Positions 42,426 through 52,940 of a DNA stretch of 64,000 bases are shown here, one piece after another. The notes beneath the pieces are model-generated. The model made no database searches, had not been told where the DNA came from, and was given only the letters and a program-made list of their open reading frames with translations. The translations under genes and the position numbers were made by a program. The stretch spans positions 450,735 through 514,734 of the forward strand of contig JAHDYR010000038.1 in the NCBI GenBank assembly GCA_019828565.1, given 5' to 3'. This DNA comes from Carpediemonas membranifera BICM (Eukaryota > Protista > Fornicata). Position 1 is the stretch's first letter; each line of letters opens with the position of its first letter.

Positions 42426-43985
42426 TCATCGACTAAAAGGGATAAGCCCGCTCGGGTCGGTCACATGAGGCTTCTTAGGCAGCCTTGGCGCGGGTAACGC
42501 GGCCAGTCCTGCGAACACGGTGTCCATGGTGGGCAGGGGCAGGCTGTTCGAGTCTCTGGGCCCTGGGGTTCGGGCTGTGATCGACTCACGATCGACTAGG
42601 TTGATCGGGATCGTCTCGGGCAGCGGCTGCGAGGCAGGGCGAGGGTAATGGTCGCATCGGCGGGGCGGGGGGTCTCGGCGGGCGCGTGGTTTACGGGCAT
42701 CAGCATTCCTTCGTAAGTGGGCAGGCCGCGGTGTATCCAGCGAAGACCAGGGCCGCTGCCACAGCCTAGCCATGGCAAGTTTGCGGAGTGTTCGAGGATA
42801 AGGCACACTACCACCACCCTTGACATGTTGGTGGACGGCCACGAAAGCCAGACTGGCTATGGCGACGGAAATGAACAGCACGAAGAGCACTACTGCGAAG
42901 CCAAGCAAGACAACGGGAACTATGACCGCAAGTACGACAGTTGGAACCAGATCGGACCCCGGGCTTGTGTTGTCAGCTGTTGTAGTCAGCAACATATCTC
43001 CAAGAAACGCCTCGACCGTTGAATGCTTCAGAACTTCAGTAAGCGTTTCATTGACAGTTGCACAGGCTTTGCCGCCGACAAGGGCGAGCGCTTGTTCCTC
43101 GTCGTCAATCAAAAGATGAATTTGATCGGTTGATTCAAACGTTGCGTGAGAAAACGCGATACATATCAATCTGCCTGACGAGCCGTCGATAGCAAAGTAC
43201 GGCTTCAGACTCTGCATCAGCCCCCGGTCGAGGGTGTGTGCAAAGGAGCATGAGTAACTCACACCAGACCCGGATCTTTCCACATCTACCTGGGATATGG
43301 GTATATCTAAATCTGTATCGCGTACAAAAATGGACTGAGGGCAGAGCACTCCTTTCGATCGCCCAGTAAGGGTCGACCCGGCCACGCCGAGGGAGAAGCT
43401 GACTGCGGTGGGATTTGTGACAGTGTACCATGTGACGACACTGCGGTCCTGATCCTCAAACAGCATCTCGATCCTGTATTCTGCGGCTGGAATGGTGTTG
43501 TTCTCAGATGGCCCGACCGGGACCACAAATACGCCGTCATCTGTGACAACAGAGAACGAGGATACATCTGCGCCGTCTACTGTGACCAGGTCGGGTGGGT
43601 TCGGGAACAGGGTCTGGTTGAGCGCGATGACCCCTTGGCCAAAGCACACAAGACCGATGGAGACGCAGCCGGAGCCGTCAGCTGACGTCATCTTGAGGTC
43701 TGGACACCTTTCACAGACTAGATCCGACGTGTAGAAGCCCGGAGCGCATGATTCCTCGTCCGTAGCTGGGATGGACGAGATGGAATTGGGCGCTGATGAC
43801 CGAATATCGGGCGACAGGGGGGATAAAGAAGAGAAGCGTATAGATTCTTGGTATATAATGGGGCCTCGGTGACTGATTATCGCCGGAACGACGGAGTGCC
43901 TTGCCAGCAACTCGATTGGTTGCTGGCAGAATGAGGATTCTGCGCAAAGCAAAACTATGGTCAAAAGAAGAAGCAACGATCGCAT
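42426..43985 (-). CDS. Type I membrane protein, short member of the Cys-rich surface family
   Basis: Signal peptide MRSLLLLLTIVLLCAES, one CAPGFY..C..C repeat, stalk with LCPQS, long TM, Pro/Arg-rich tail. Confidence 0.75.
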   Translation of the reverse strand: MRSLLLLLTIVLLCAESSFCQQPIELLARHSVVPAIISHRGPIIYQESIRFSSLSPLSPDIRSSAPNSISSIPATDEESCAPGFYTSDLVCERCPDLKMTSADGSGCVSIGLVCFGQGVIALNQTLFPNPPDLVTVDGADVSSFSVVTDDGVFVVPVGPSENNTIPAAEYRIEMLFEDQDRSVVTWYTVTNPTAVSFSLGVAGSTLTGRSKGVLCPQSIFVRDTDLDIPISQVDVERSGSGVSYSCSFAHTLDRGLMQSLKPYFAIDGSSGRLICIAFSHATFESTDQIHLLIDDEEQALALVGGKACATVNETLTEVLKHSTVEAFLGDMLLTTTADNTSPGSDLVPTVVLAVIVPVVLLGFAVVLFVLFISVAIASLAFVAVHQHVKGGGSVPYPRTLRKLAMARLWQRPWSSLDTPRPAHLRRNADARKPRARRDPPPRRCDHYPRPASQPLPETIPINLVDRESITARTPGPRDSNSLPLPTMDTVFAGLAALPAPRLPKKPHVTDPSGLIPFSR

Positions 43986-44304
43986 ATCACCCCTTGTCCG
44001 CTGAGTTTGAAGTGAATCGTCCAACCCGCAGGCGATTCTGGCCAATCATGTGGTATCAAATCTCTCCAGGAATGGGCACTACAGGCGGCACCTTCTGGGC
44101 TCAGAACACAGCTGACTCACTCTTGGGCGTGGCTCTATCCCATCGCTGAGGGCCACAGCCAGATCTGCTTCAGATGGCTCAAGATTATTTAGAATTTTCG
44201 GCTGAAGACCCGAGCTCAACATGCTCGCACATACCGCGGCATCCCAGGCCCAGTCTGATTGCGTCAGAGATCTGTGCGCGATTTTGGGGTTGACAGAAGA
44301 ACCA

Positions 44305-47300
44305 ATGATAATTGCCACCTCACGTTTGGCTCGCCTTTCCTCAGTTTTGCTATTGCTTAACCTGTCATTACTTTCTCTTGGCGCTGTTATCAAGCCTCCA
44401 GCCGATGAATTGGTTATTCTTGACGGAGCGAGCATCAATGGCCGCTTCGGACGGGGCTTAACACTCGTTAACAAGACCACTGCCATTGTAGGACAGTATC
44501 TTGATACTCCAATCGCTGGTGAGGAATACGCGGGCAATTCCTACCTGTATAGTCTCGCCAACGGCGAGTGGCTGTTTGACCAGGACCTATGCCCGCCGGA
44601 TATCGCGAAGGATGACCGCTACGGCCGTATTGCAGCTAGTAATGGCACAACCATGGCTGTGGTAGCCCACAATGACGATAACCAAGACGTCCACGTTGGT
44701 TCGGTCTCCATTTTCGACCAGAGCCCCAGTGGCATGACATTCAATACCAAGCTCCATTCCGTCCCCCAGCTTCCATCGGGTGAGTTCGGGCGTGCTGTGG
44801 ATATGCAGGGAACGACCATGGCGATCACCAGCGCCGCCTATCTCCGCTGGGGGGTGGATGGCCAAGTTGCCGAGGGCGCTGTGTTTATATTCGAGTACGA
44901 TGAGTCGACCCACAGTTGGGTGGAGACCCAGCGCCTCTTCCCTCAGATCCAGAACGGCACGAATTTCGGTGACAATGTTGTCATCGAGGGCGACTTCATG
45001 ACGGTCGGAGCGCATCGGTCAAATGAACCAGTAACTGACGCTGGTAGTCTCGTATTCTTCCACAGAGACGAGGCAGGGTGGGTCAAACAGTATGTCATTG
45101 TACCAGACGGCCTACCACCGGGTGCCTATTTTGGGTACCACCATGACATGTCAGGAAGCCGCCTGATCGTTGGGGCGAAGAACGACTTAGGCATTGACGG
45201 AGCCACCGTGACTGGCGCCGCGTACATTTATGAGAGGAACGCGAGCGATGTCTACGAGCTTGACGCCAAGCTTAGCGGTGTTTATGCCGGCGACAGTTTT
45301 GGAAGCTCGGTGGCAATTGAGGGCAACGTTGCTGTTGTCTGCGCAGTGAATGAGATGGTTAACGGCGCCTGTTCGGTTTTTATCAAGTCCCACAAGACGT
45401 GGGTGAAGACCCAGATTCTGACGACCACCCTGCCCGCCCGAACTCTGCTCGGCGTCTCCCTCGCCATGGATTCTGGAACCGTGCTAGTTGGCGCAAGTGA
45501 CGCCACTTCAATCGGCTCCTTCTTCTACTACGACCTGACTTACGGCTATTGTCCACCCCGCATGTTTAACAGCGAAGGATCATGTAACAACTGCGCCGTG
45601 GGGCATTACCAGCCTGGGTGGAACCAGAGCACGTGCGCTCCGGCGTCTGTTGGGTACTACAGCGACGATTTTATCGCCCAGGCCGCATGTGCTGTCCCTG
45701 GCACATACACGAACACCACGGGAATGTCCGCGTGTGACGTGGCAGACCCTGGGTGGTACGTTGACGACGCCGATAGGACACACCAAGTCCCTTGTGACGC
45801 TGGGTACATCTCGACCTCGGCGGGCCAGTCCTCCTGCACGCAGTCATCGGCTGGATTCTACGTCCCAGACGACGGTGAGCCTCATACGTCGGGGTTGGCC
45901 TGCCCGACAGGCCACTTCTGTCCTAGTGGGTCCACATCGCCGACCCCATGCCCCATCGGCACGTTCAACCCGAACACTAATGCCGGCCATCTTGCTTCGT
46001 GTATGCCGTGTCCGGCTGGCACTTATAGCAGCAATACGGGTCTGACGAGCGCTGGTGAATGCACGCCATGCTCCCCCGGCAAGTATTGCGCCACACCAGG
46101 GCTGGCGGCTCCCACCGGGTCATGTTCGGCTGGCTACTACTGCACTGGCGGCGCTGACACACCCACCCCGACGGACGGGTCGACAGGCGACATCTGCCCG
46201 GTCGGTAACTACTGTCCTGGTGGTAGCACCGCCCCAGTCGCATGCGAGTCGGGCACTTACCAGGACTTCGAGGGGCAGACTACCTGCACCGCCTGCGAGG
46301 CGGGCTATTACTGCCCCGAAGGCACGTCGGACTACACGATCTACACGTGCCCCGCTGGTTACTACTGCCCTGAAGGCACCATCACCTCCACCGAGTACCC
46401 CTGCCCCGCTGGCACCTACTCTGCTGCAACTGGTCGCACCCTTGTCAGCCAGTGCACCTCCTGTTCTGCCGGCAAGTACTGCGAAACTACTGGCCTGACC
46501 GAGCCCGCCGGCGATTGTTCTGAGGGCTACTACTGCGCTGGCGGCGCGACCACCCCCACCCCGACTGACGGCATCTCCGGCAACGTCTGCCCGGCCGGTT
46601 TCTACTGCCCCGCTGGCTCCTCAACCCCTACCGCCTGCCCCAGGGGCACATACAACCCGAGCACCGGTGCTGAGGCCTGCTTAAGCTGCGCCGCGGGCAG
46701 TTACTGCGGCAGCCCTGGCCTGACCTCCGTGACCGGCTTATGCTCGGCCGGGTACTACTGCACTGGCGGTGCGACAACACCCACCCCCACCGACGGCGAC
46801 ACGGGTGACATCTGCCCCACTTGCCACTACTGCCCCACCGCCTCAAGCGCTCCCACAGCTTGTCCTGCGGGTTCTTACCAAGACGCGGTTGGCCAGACTA
46901 ATTGCATGCAATGCCCCGCGGGCCACTACTGCCCGATCGGGTCAGCAAGCCCCACATCCTGTGCGCCGGGGGCATATCAAGACCAGGGAGGGAAGGGTGA
47001 GTGCAAGCTTTGCTCTACTGGCTACTACTGTTTGGCCGCCACTGTTGTGCCTGACCCTTGTCCAGCTGGCACTTATAGCAGCAATACGGGTCTGACGAGC
47101 GCTGGTGAATGCACGGTCTGCCCTCCCGGCGTGTACTGCGCCACACCAGGGCTGGCGGCTCCCACCGGGTCATGTTCGGCCGGCTACTACTGCGCTGGCG
47201 GCGCTGACACGCCCACCCCGACGGACGGCGACAGCGGTAACCTCTGCCCGGCAGGGAAGTACTGCCCCGAAGGGTCAGGCGACCCAGAGCCCTGTACCCC

Positions 47301-49833
47301 GGGCACTTATGCTGCGGCGACCGGGATGCCGGCCTGCGATGATGCCGACGCTGGGTACTATGCGAATGAAGACGACTTTACAAGGCAGGTTGAGTGTGCC
47401 GACGGGACGTACCAGCCGGAGACGGGCCAGACCAGCTGCATATCCGCCAGTGCAGGCTACCACGCCGACGCCAACGACAGGACGGCCCAGTACGTCTGTG
47501 ACGGGGGCAATTACTCTGCAGAGCCCGGCCAGGCGGACTGCTCCGTGACTGACGCCGGGTACTACACGCCCGCGGACACCCTGCCGCACTCGGTCCCGGT
47601 TCCCTGCCACAACGGGACGTACCAACCCGCTGGAGGCCAGTCATCGTGTGAAAGCGCGACGGCCGGCCACTACGTCCTGGCCGATGGAGAGGGCCACACC
47701 ACCCAGGAGAACTGCCTTGCCGGGACCTACCAGAGCGAGACCGGCCATAGCTCGTGCAATGAGGCTCAGCCTGGGTTCTATGCGGCTGGAGACGGTGCCA
47801 CTGAAGAGGAGCCGTGCGACTCGGGCCATTTCTCGGCAGACAGCGGCAGCGACTCGTGCGAAGCAGCCACACCCGGGTACTACGTCGATGAAATGGACAA
47901 AACTGCCCAGCGTGTCTGTGACAACGGCCAGTACCAGCCAGAGTCGGGCCAGAGCTCTTGCTCCACTGCCACTGCTGGCCACTATGTCCCTGCCGACAAC
48001 CAGCCCCACACATCTGAGCTCGACTGCTCCCAAGGCCACTATCAGCCGAGCACTGGCCAGTCCACGTGCGTGGCTGCCTCCGTGGGCCATTATGTCTCCG
48101 GGACAGCCGCGAATGCCCAGGTCGAGTGCGAGTCGGGCAAGTTCCAGAACGAGACGGGCCAGACCAGCTGCTACACCGCCGAGGCCGGCTACTACGTCTC
48201 TAACTCCGACTATAGCCACCAGAAGCCATGCGACGGCGGGTTATACTCCACAACATCCGGCCTCAGTGCCTGCGAGTCATGCCCCACCGGGTCGAGCACC
48301 GCCACAGACGGCAAGCCCCATAGCAGCTGTACGGAGTTCATCAAGCCTACCGTGACGATCAACACTACCACAGCTATCGCGGTCGAGACTGCCGACATGA
48401 CTGGCGCGGTTGACTCGGCCCTGCTTGGGTCAACCTCATGCGTGGTCACTACAAACGGCACTAATACTGTCATCATTCCCTTCTTGGACACGTCAGAGCC
48501 CATTGCTGGGACGTACACGCTGACGTACACCCTGGACAACGGCGAGACGGGCACAACCTCTGTGGTTATTCCACCAGACTTTACGATCCCAGAGACTGAG
48601 GTGGTCGTCGTCGGGACCAAGGCCAAGGGCGTCCTCAAGAGCCCAGTCTGCCCGCAGTCGGCCGCGTTTTTAGGCAAGTCTGCCGCTGTTTCCCACGCAT
48701 CGGTCGAGAGTAAGGTGGTCAAGTGCGTCTCGGATGACACCACTATTGACGCTGCTATTCTCAAGAACCACTTGTCTCCTTTCGTCGATTCGAAGCTCGA
48801 GCAGGGTGGTATCGCGTGTGTGTCTCTGAACGGAGCTCAGTTTGGTTCAACTGACAAGGTCACGATCAAGTACGACGGATCTGTTATCACTGCTCTTGCG
48901 GTAGACGAATCTGGCCGTATCTGTTTTACTGTCCCTGCCTCTGCGGACTCCACAGTCGATGAACCACACGAAGTCACCGCCGAGCTCGACGGCACTACAT
49001 TTTTGGCCGCGACGGTCACTGTGGCCGTCCCAGTTGGCGCAGACGACGGCTCCTCCGGCTTTGACTGGGTGAAAGTGACTGTGATCGGCCTGTCCGCCGC
49101 TGCCCTTGCGGCTATCGGCTTCCTCACGATCGCCCTCCTTGTTGTGCTTCTACTTGTGGTGATTGTGAGTTCTGGCGGCCTCGCGATCGCCCAAAAAGTT
49201 TCGTCGAAGTTCATTCGTTCATCGCCCGAGATCAAGCTGAACGCTTTCCAGCTCGCTGCGATGGACGGCAACGCCGACACCCTGCTCAAGCTATGCACCG
49301 ACACCCCCGCCTCGCTGCTCGACGCCCGGAACGCCGATGGGCGGACATCCGTGTTTATAGCCACACAGTGCGGCCATGTGGGCTGTGTGACCCTGCTGGC
49401 CGATGCCGGGGCAGACGTGAACATCGCCGCGAGCTCTCAGTGGGTTTTGAAAAAGGGCAAGAAGAAGATCGTCAAAAGCCGCGGATTGTTCAACGGGGAT
49501 GCCCCGATCCACGTGGCAGCTGCTGCAGGAGACATCGAATGCCTCCGTGCTTTGCTTGCTGCCAAGGCTGATGTCACCCTCGCCAACGACGATGGCAAGA
49601 CCGCGCTCTCCATGGCGCAAGAATCCCTCCACGACGAATGTGTTGAGGCCATCAAGGCCTCCATGCCCGAACGGAAGTTTGCTGAAGCCACTGACGTCGA
49701 GAACGTCGAGAACGGCGAGAACTCAGAGTTCGACGGCGTTGATTCACTTAATGTGTGCGCCGATGCTACTGATGGTGATGATGTCCTGGAGGACGTCGGG
49801 CTTGGCGTGCCGGTGCCCCTAGACGAGGTGTAA
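44305..49833 (+). CDS. Large receptor-like surface protein: signal peptide, FG-GAP beta-propeller, Cys-rich CPxGxYC (GCC2/GCC3, ephrin-receptor-like) repeats, stalk, TM, cytoplasmic ankyrin repeats
   Basis: FG..V.....VGA / GAVFIF repeats; many CPAGYYC units; TM near 49075-49190; about 4 ankyrin repeats (DGRTSVFIA, GDAPIHVAA, DGKTALSMA); acidic tail. Confidence 0.9.
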   Translation: MIIATSRLARLSSVLLLLNLSLLSLGAVIKPPADELVILDGASINGRFGRGLTLVNKTTAIVGQYLDTPIAGEEYAGNSYLYSLANGEWLFDQDLCPPDIAKDDRYGRIAASNGTTMAVVAHNDDNQDVHVGSVSIFDQSPSGMTFNTKLHSVPQLPSGEFGRAVDMQGTTMAITSAAYLRWGVDGQVAEGAVFIFEYDESTHSWVETQRLFPQIQNGTNFGDNVVIEGDFMTVGAHRSNEPVTDAGSLVFFHRDEAGWVKQYVIVPDGLPPGAYFGYHHDMSGSRLIVGAKNDLGIDGATVTGAAYIYERNASDVYELDAKLSGVYAGDSFGSSVAIEGNVAVVCAVNEMVNGACSVFIKSHKTWVKTQILTTTLPARTLLGVSLAMDSGTVLVGASDATSIGSFFYYDLTYGYCPPRMFNSEGSCNNCAVGHYQPGWNQSTCAPASVGYYSDDFIAQAACAVPGTYTNTTGMSACDVADPGWYVDDADRTHQVPCDAGYISTSAGQSSCTQSSAGFYVPDDGEPHTSGLACPTGHFCPSGSTSPTPCPIGTFNPNTNAGHLASCMPCPAGTYSSNTGLTSAGECTPCSPGKYCATPGLAAPTGSCSAGYYCTGGADTPTPTDGSTGDICPVGNYCPGGSTAPVACESGTYQDFEGQTTCTACEAGYYCPEGTSDYTIYTCPAGYYCPEGTITSTEYPCPAGTYSAATGRTLVSQCTSCSAGKYCETTGLTEPAGDCSEGYYCAGGATTPTPTDGISGNVCPAGFYCPAGSSTPTACPRGTYNPSTGAEACLSCAAGSYCGSPGLTSVTGLCSAGYYCTGGATTPTPTDGDTGDICPTCHYCPTASSAPTACPAGSYQDAVGQTNCMQCPAGHYCPIGSASPTSCAPGAYQDQGGKGECKLCSTGYYCLAATVVPDPCPAGTYSSNTGLTSAGECTVCPPGVYCATPGLAAPTGSCSAGYYCAGGADTPTPTDGDSGNLCPAGKYCPEGSGDPEPCTPGTYAAATGMPACDDADAGYYANEDDFTRQVECADGTYQPETGQTSCISASAGYHADANDRTAQYVCDGGNYSAEPGQADCSVTDAGYYTPADTLPHSVPVPCHNGTYQPAGGQSSCESATAGHYVLADGEGHTTQENCLAGTYQSETGHSSCNEAQPGFYAAGDGATEEEPCDSGHFSADSGSDSCEAATPGYYVDEMDKTAQRVCDNGQYQPESGQSSCSTATAGHYVPADNQPHTSELDCSQGHYQPSTGQSTCVAASVGHYVSGTAANAQVECESGKFQNETGQTSCYTAEAGYYVSNSDYSHQKPCDGGLYSTTSGLSACESCPTGSSTATDGKPHSSCTEFIKPTVTINTTTAIAVETADMTGAVDSALLGSTSCVVTTNGTNTVIIPFLDTSEPIAGTYTLTYTLDNGETGTTSVVIPPDFTIPETEVVVVGTKAKGVLKSPVCPQSAAFLGKSAAVSHASVESKVVKCVSDDTTIDAAILKNHLSPFVDSKLEQGGIACVSLNGAQFGSTDKVTIKYDGSVITALAVDESGRICFTVPASADSTVDEPHEVTAELDGTTFLAATVTVAVPVGADDGSSGFDWVKVTVIGLSAAALAAIGFLTIALLVVLLLVVIVSSGGLAIAQKVSSKFIRSSPEIKLNAFQLAAMDGNADTLLKLCTDTPASLLDARNADGRTSVFIATQCGHVGCVTLLADAGADVNIAASSQWVLKKGKKKIVKSRGLFNGDAPIHVAAAAGDIECLRALLAAKADVTLANDDGKTALSMAQESLHDECVEAIKASMPERKFAEATDVENVENGENSEFDGVDSLNVCADATDGDDVLEDVGLGVPVPLDEV
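46009..47229 (+). repeat. Internal duplication of about 170 bp (46009-46179 vs 47059-47229)
   Basis: Near-identical DNA 1050 bp apart, encoding CPAGTYSSNTGLTSAGECT...GGADTPTPTDG. Confidence 0.85.
47713..48242 (+). repeat. 530-bp block, identical by eye to the reverse complement of 54351-54880
   Basis: Same DNA where compared and identical alternative-frame translations in both loci. Confidence 0.92.
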
Positions 49834-49910
49834 TACATATGACATAGTAAACCGTAAATAGCTGATACGACGACATATACATACATACATTTATCAGAGA
49901 TCATCATAGC

Positions 49911-51014
49911 TCACTGCTTGGCGCTCTCCCGGGTGCCCACAACGTCGCAGATGCGGATGTCGTTGTAGTTCCCGGCAAAAGCCACGAAGCGCCCACCTGG
50001 GGCGAAGTCGCAGCAGTAGCTCGCCGCGGGGAGGTCGAGGGCGCCAACCACCTCGGAGCTTTGCCGATCAAACAGCTTGCACTGGTTGCCGTCCGAGCCG
50101 CATGCGGCGATGTACTGCTTCTGATCGCCGCCAAAGCACGCGCCATAGACCATGGTGGCCTTGCCAGTGGCGCTGTCGTTGCCCCACGGCACGTCCTTCT
50201 CAAGCTCGGTGGTGCGCAGATCCCAGAGCTGAACTTGCTTGTCGGGGCGCCAGGAGCCAGTCAAGACAGTGTTACCGTCAATATCGACCGAATCTCCGCA
50301 GATATGGGGCGAATAAATAGACCTGACCGAGTGGTCGGCTCTGAGGTCCCAAACCTGCACCGTGTTGTCCCAGCCGCCAGAGATGAGCAGATTAGGGTCG
50401 GTTGGGTGGTAGCAGAGCGAGAAGACGCGGTTGAAGTGGCCTGACGTAACGTTGGCGTAACCGTCGCTGAGCTCCTGGATGCGGGTCTTCGTGGCCTCGT
50501 CGTAAATACGAACAGTCTGGTCCTTGCCTGCTGTGGCAAACTTGCTGCCTTCAGGGTTGTATTCCACCGCGTAGATCTCGTTGCCCTCCTCCTTGATGGT
50601 GTGGAGGCACTTGCCAGATGTGACATGCCAGTGCTGGACGTAGCCCTCGGCGTTGCCGCTGAGGAGGATGTTGCGGGTCTTCGAGCCGGCAATGGGGGAG
50701 CGGAAGGCAAGGGAGGTCGTCGCGAACTGGGCAACGCCGACGGAGAACTGGTAGACGAGACGGCCAGAGGCGGAGTGAAAGAGGCGAATAGCGCCATCTC
50801 CGCAGCCAGCTGCAACCATGTGGCCGTCTGGAGCGAATTTCACGCAGAATACGTCGCTCTTGGTGCCGCTAATGACAGTACGCTGGTACAGCTCGTGTTC
50901 GGGGGTATAATTTTCGACGTGCGGAGGCTCATACGGCTTCGTGGGCTCTGGGCCGCTAAGAGTACCAACGGGAGTAGTTTCTTCTTCGATTTCAGACAGA
51001 TCACTGTCAGACAT
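49911..51014 (-). CDS. WD40-repeat protein
   Basis: GH..RVFSL..HP...ISGGWDNTVQVWD, FATAGKDQTVRIYD, VQLWD; about 7 blades. Confidence 0.92.
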   Translation of the reverse strand: MSDSDLSEIEEETTPVGTLSGPEPTKPYEPPHVENYTPEHELYQRTVISGTKSDVFCVKFAPDGHMVAAGCGDGAIRLFHSASGRLVYQFSVGVAQFATTSLAFRSPIAGSKTRNILLSGNAEGYVQHWHVTSGKCLHTIKEEGNEIYAVEYNPEGSKFATAGKDQTVRIYDEATKTRIQELSDGYANVTSGHFNRVFSLCYHPTDPNLLISGGWDNTVQVWDLRADHSVRSIYSPHICGDSVDIDGNTVLTGSWRPDKQVQLWDLRTTELEKDVPWGNDSATGKATMVYGACFGGDQKQYIAACGSDGNQCKLFDRQSSEVVGALDLPAASYCCDFAPGGRFVAFAGNYNDIRICDVVGTRESAKQ

Positions 51015-51177
51015 TCGTTGCTTTTCGTTGACAAGCTTTTTTCGTATGAATGAACCGAAATAGCCAGCTCAGCAAGAACAGGGCTTGGGGTACAATGCAC
51101 CGTATACGTCACCCAAGACGTTTTACCGCGCAGGACAATTTTTATTTGCTCAAGAAATCGTCGAGGGCTGAGCCAAC

Positions 51178-52920
51178 ATGAGAAGGGAGACATATGGGGC
51201 AACAACCCCGTTCTTTCTTCTTCTCCTTTGCTTTCTATTCTCTTTTACGCATGCACACGAGTTCTCGTTCGGAGATCGCGTCCCCATGTTCGCCAACGTT
51301 GTTTTTCCGAAGGATTCGCCGCTAGAGACGTATCCTTTCTACTACCTTCCTTTCCCTAAGCCTGAATACGAAGAGAGGCCCTGGTGGAGCCTGTCTAGCG
51401 CTCTTCAGGGCGATGCCCTCAACAGCATCGACATCCACCCAACATTCCTCGAAAACACCAACTGGCGGCCGATAGGCATCGCCAAACTCAACACGAAGAC
51501 GGATGTGAAACACTTTAAGCGCATCATCGCCAAGAACTATGTCGCCGAAGCTCTGGTAGACGGCCTGCCCGTCTACTTCCCCCTCGTCGATGAGCACGGT
51601 CGCCTCAACACGGGCTTCCACATCAAGCTTGGGTACAATGGCGGCAACGTTGTCACCGCCTCGGTTGCAGCAGACCCTCTCAGGGTGAAGGACCCTTCAC
51701 TCATCGAGATTGGAGCCGTTTCGCAGTTCTTTTGCGCCATTACCTGGGAAGAACGAACAGATGTCTCGTACTTCGACAGGATGGACCTGTACAGCCAGGA
51801 CACTGCCTTCGAACACGTTAAGGCGCTCCACTACCTCTCTGTTGGATGGTCCGCTATCGTCTTCCTCATCGCAGTCGTAACGTTCTTCTTCACTCGCGGC
51901 GTGCTCAACTCTGCTGTTAGCCGCTACTCCCACGACCCTCTCGACCTCGCCCCCGCCAGTGGCGATGGTTGGCGGGCCATTAGAAACGACGTCGGCCGTC
52001 CCCCAGCGTACCGGTCGGTACTTGCCGCATTCCTCGGTGCAGGCGCCCACGTGGCTGTGATGGTGGTCACCGCGCTCGTCTTTATGGCATTCGTTTCCCT
52101 CGAGACGACTGAGCGCTCGAACGGCATCGTGAAGGGTGTTATCGTTCTTTCTTTCCTACTCGGCTGCCCCATCGCCGGATTCGTCTCCGCGCGCAAGTAC
52201 AGGGCGATGAAGGGTACCAGGTGGCTCCTCAACGTCTTCCTCACCATCCTCGTTCTCCCCTTCCCCGTAGCCGTCGTCTTCTTCACCACGAACACCATGG
52301 CCTGGCTCTACGGCTCCACACAGGCCTTGCCCGTGCCCGTGGTCATCGTGTTTATAGGAATCTTCCTCGTCATCTCCCTGCCAGGCACGGTGCTCGCGGC
52401 CCTCGTCGGCAGGCATTATAAGCCACCCACGCAACTCGACGTCGCGTCCATCGCAAGGCCTGTGCCGCAGTGCCCTGCTACAGGCAAGACCAAGGTCGTC
52501 GCCCCTGTCATTGGCTTCATCTGCTTCCTCTGCATTGCACCCGAGTTGTGGCTTTTGAATTACTCATTTTGGGGCACGAGCACGTATACCTCATACACGC
52601 TGCTCACCATCAACACGGCGATATTCTGCGCCACCATTGTCGTATTCGTCCGCAGCGCCGTTTACGCGATGCTACACTACGAGAACCACCGCTGGCGTTG
52701 GCCCACAGTAATCGTGGCAGCCTCCCCAGCCGCCTGGGCCCTTGTTTTCGCCTTCCTCTGGTATGTGACGGGCCCAATTAAGGGCTTCTACTCGTTTGTG
52801 TTCTATGCGCTGTACTCACCTCTCCTTGTGTACGTTGTTGCCCTCGCTTTGGGCACTATTGGATTTATGAGTGTTGACCGGATGGTTCGGACAATGTATC
52901 GCCGCATCAAGACCGACTGA
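51178..52920 (+). CDS. Transmembrane 9 superfamily (nonaspanin/EMP70) protein
   Basis: Signal peptide, P..ETY.FY.LPF, VDGLPV, DGWR.I..DV.RPP, YGSTQALP, ENHRW.W, nine TMs, C-terminal IKTD (KxD). Confidence 0.93.
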   Translation: MRRETYGATTPFFLLLLCFLFSFTHAHEFSFGDRVPMFANVVFPKDSPLETYPFYYLPFPKPEYEERPWWSLSSALQGDALNSIDIHPTFLENTNWRPIGIAKLNTKTDVKHFKRIIAKNYVAEALVDGLPVYFPLVDEHGRLNTGFHIKLGYNGGNVVTASVAADPLRVKDPSLIEIGAVSQFFCAITWEERTDVSYFDRMDLYSQDTAFEHVKALHYLSVGWSAIVFLIAVVTFFFTRGVLNSAVSRYSHDPLDLAPASGDGWRAIRNDVGRPPAYRSVLAAFLGAGAHVAVMVVTALVFMAFVSLETTERSNGIVKGVIVLSFLLGCPIAGFVSARKYRAMKGTRWLLNVFLTILVLPFPVAVVFFTTNTMAWLYGSTQALPVPVVIVFIGIFLVISLPGTVLAALVGRHYKPPTQLDVASIARPVPQCPATGKTKVVAPVIGFICFLCIAPELWLLNYSFWGTSTYTSYTLLTINTAIFCATIVVFVRSAVYAMLHYENHRWRWPTVIVAASPAAWALVFAFLWYVTGPIKGFYSFVFYALYSPLLVYVVALALGTIGFMSVDRMVRTMYRRIKTD

Positions 52921-52940
52921 TCGCGGCTGTGTGTTATAAA

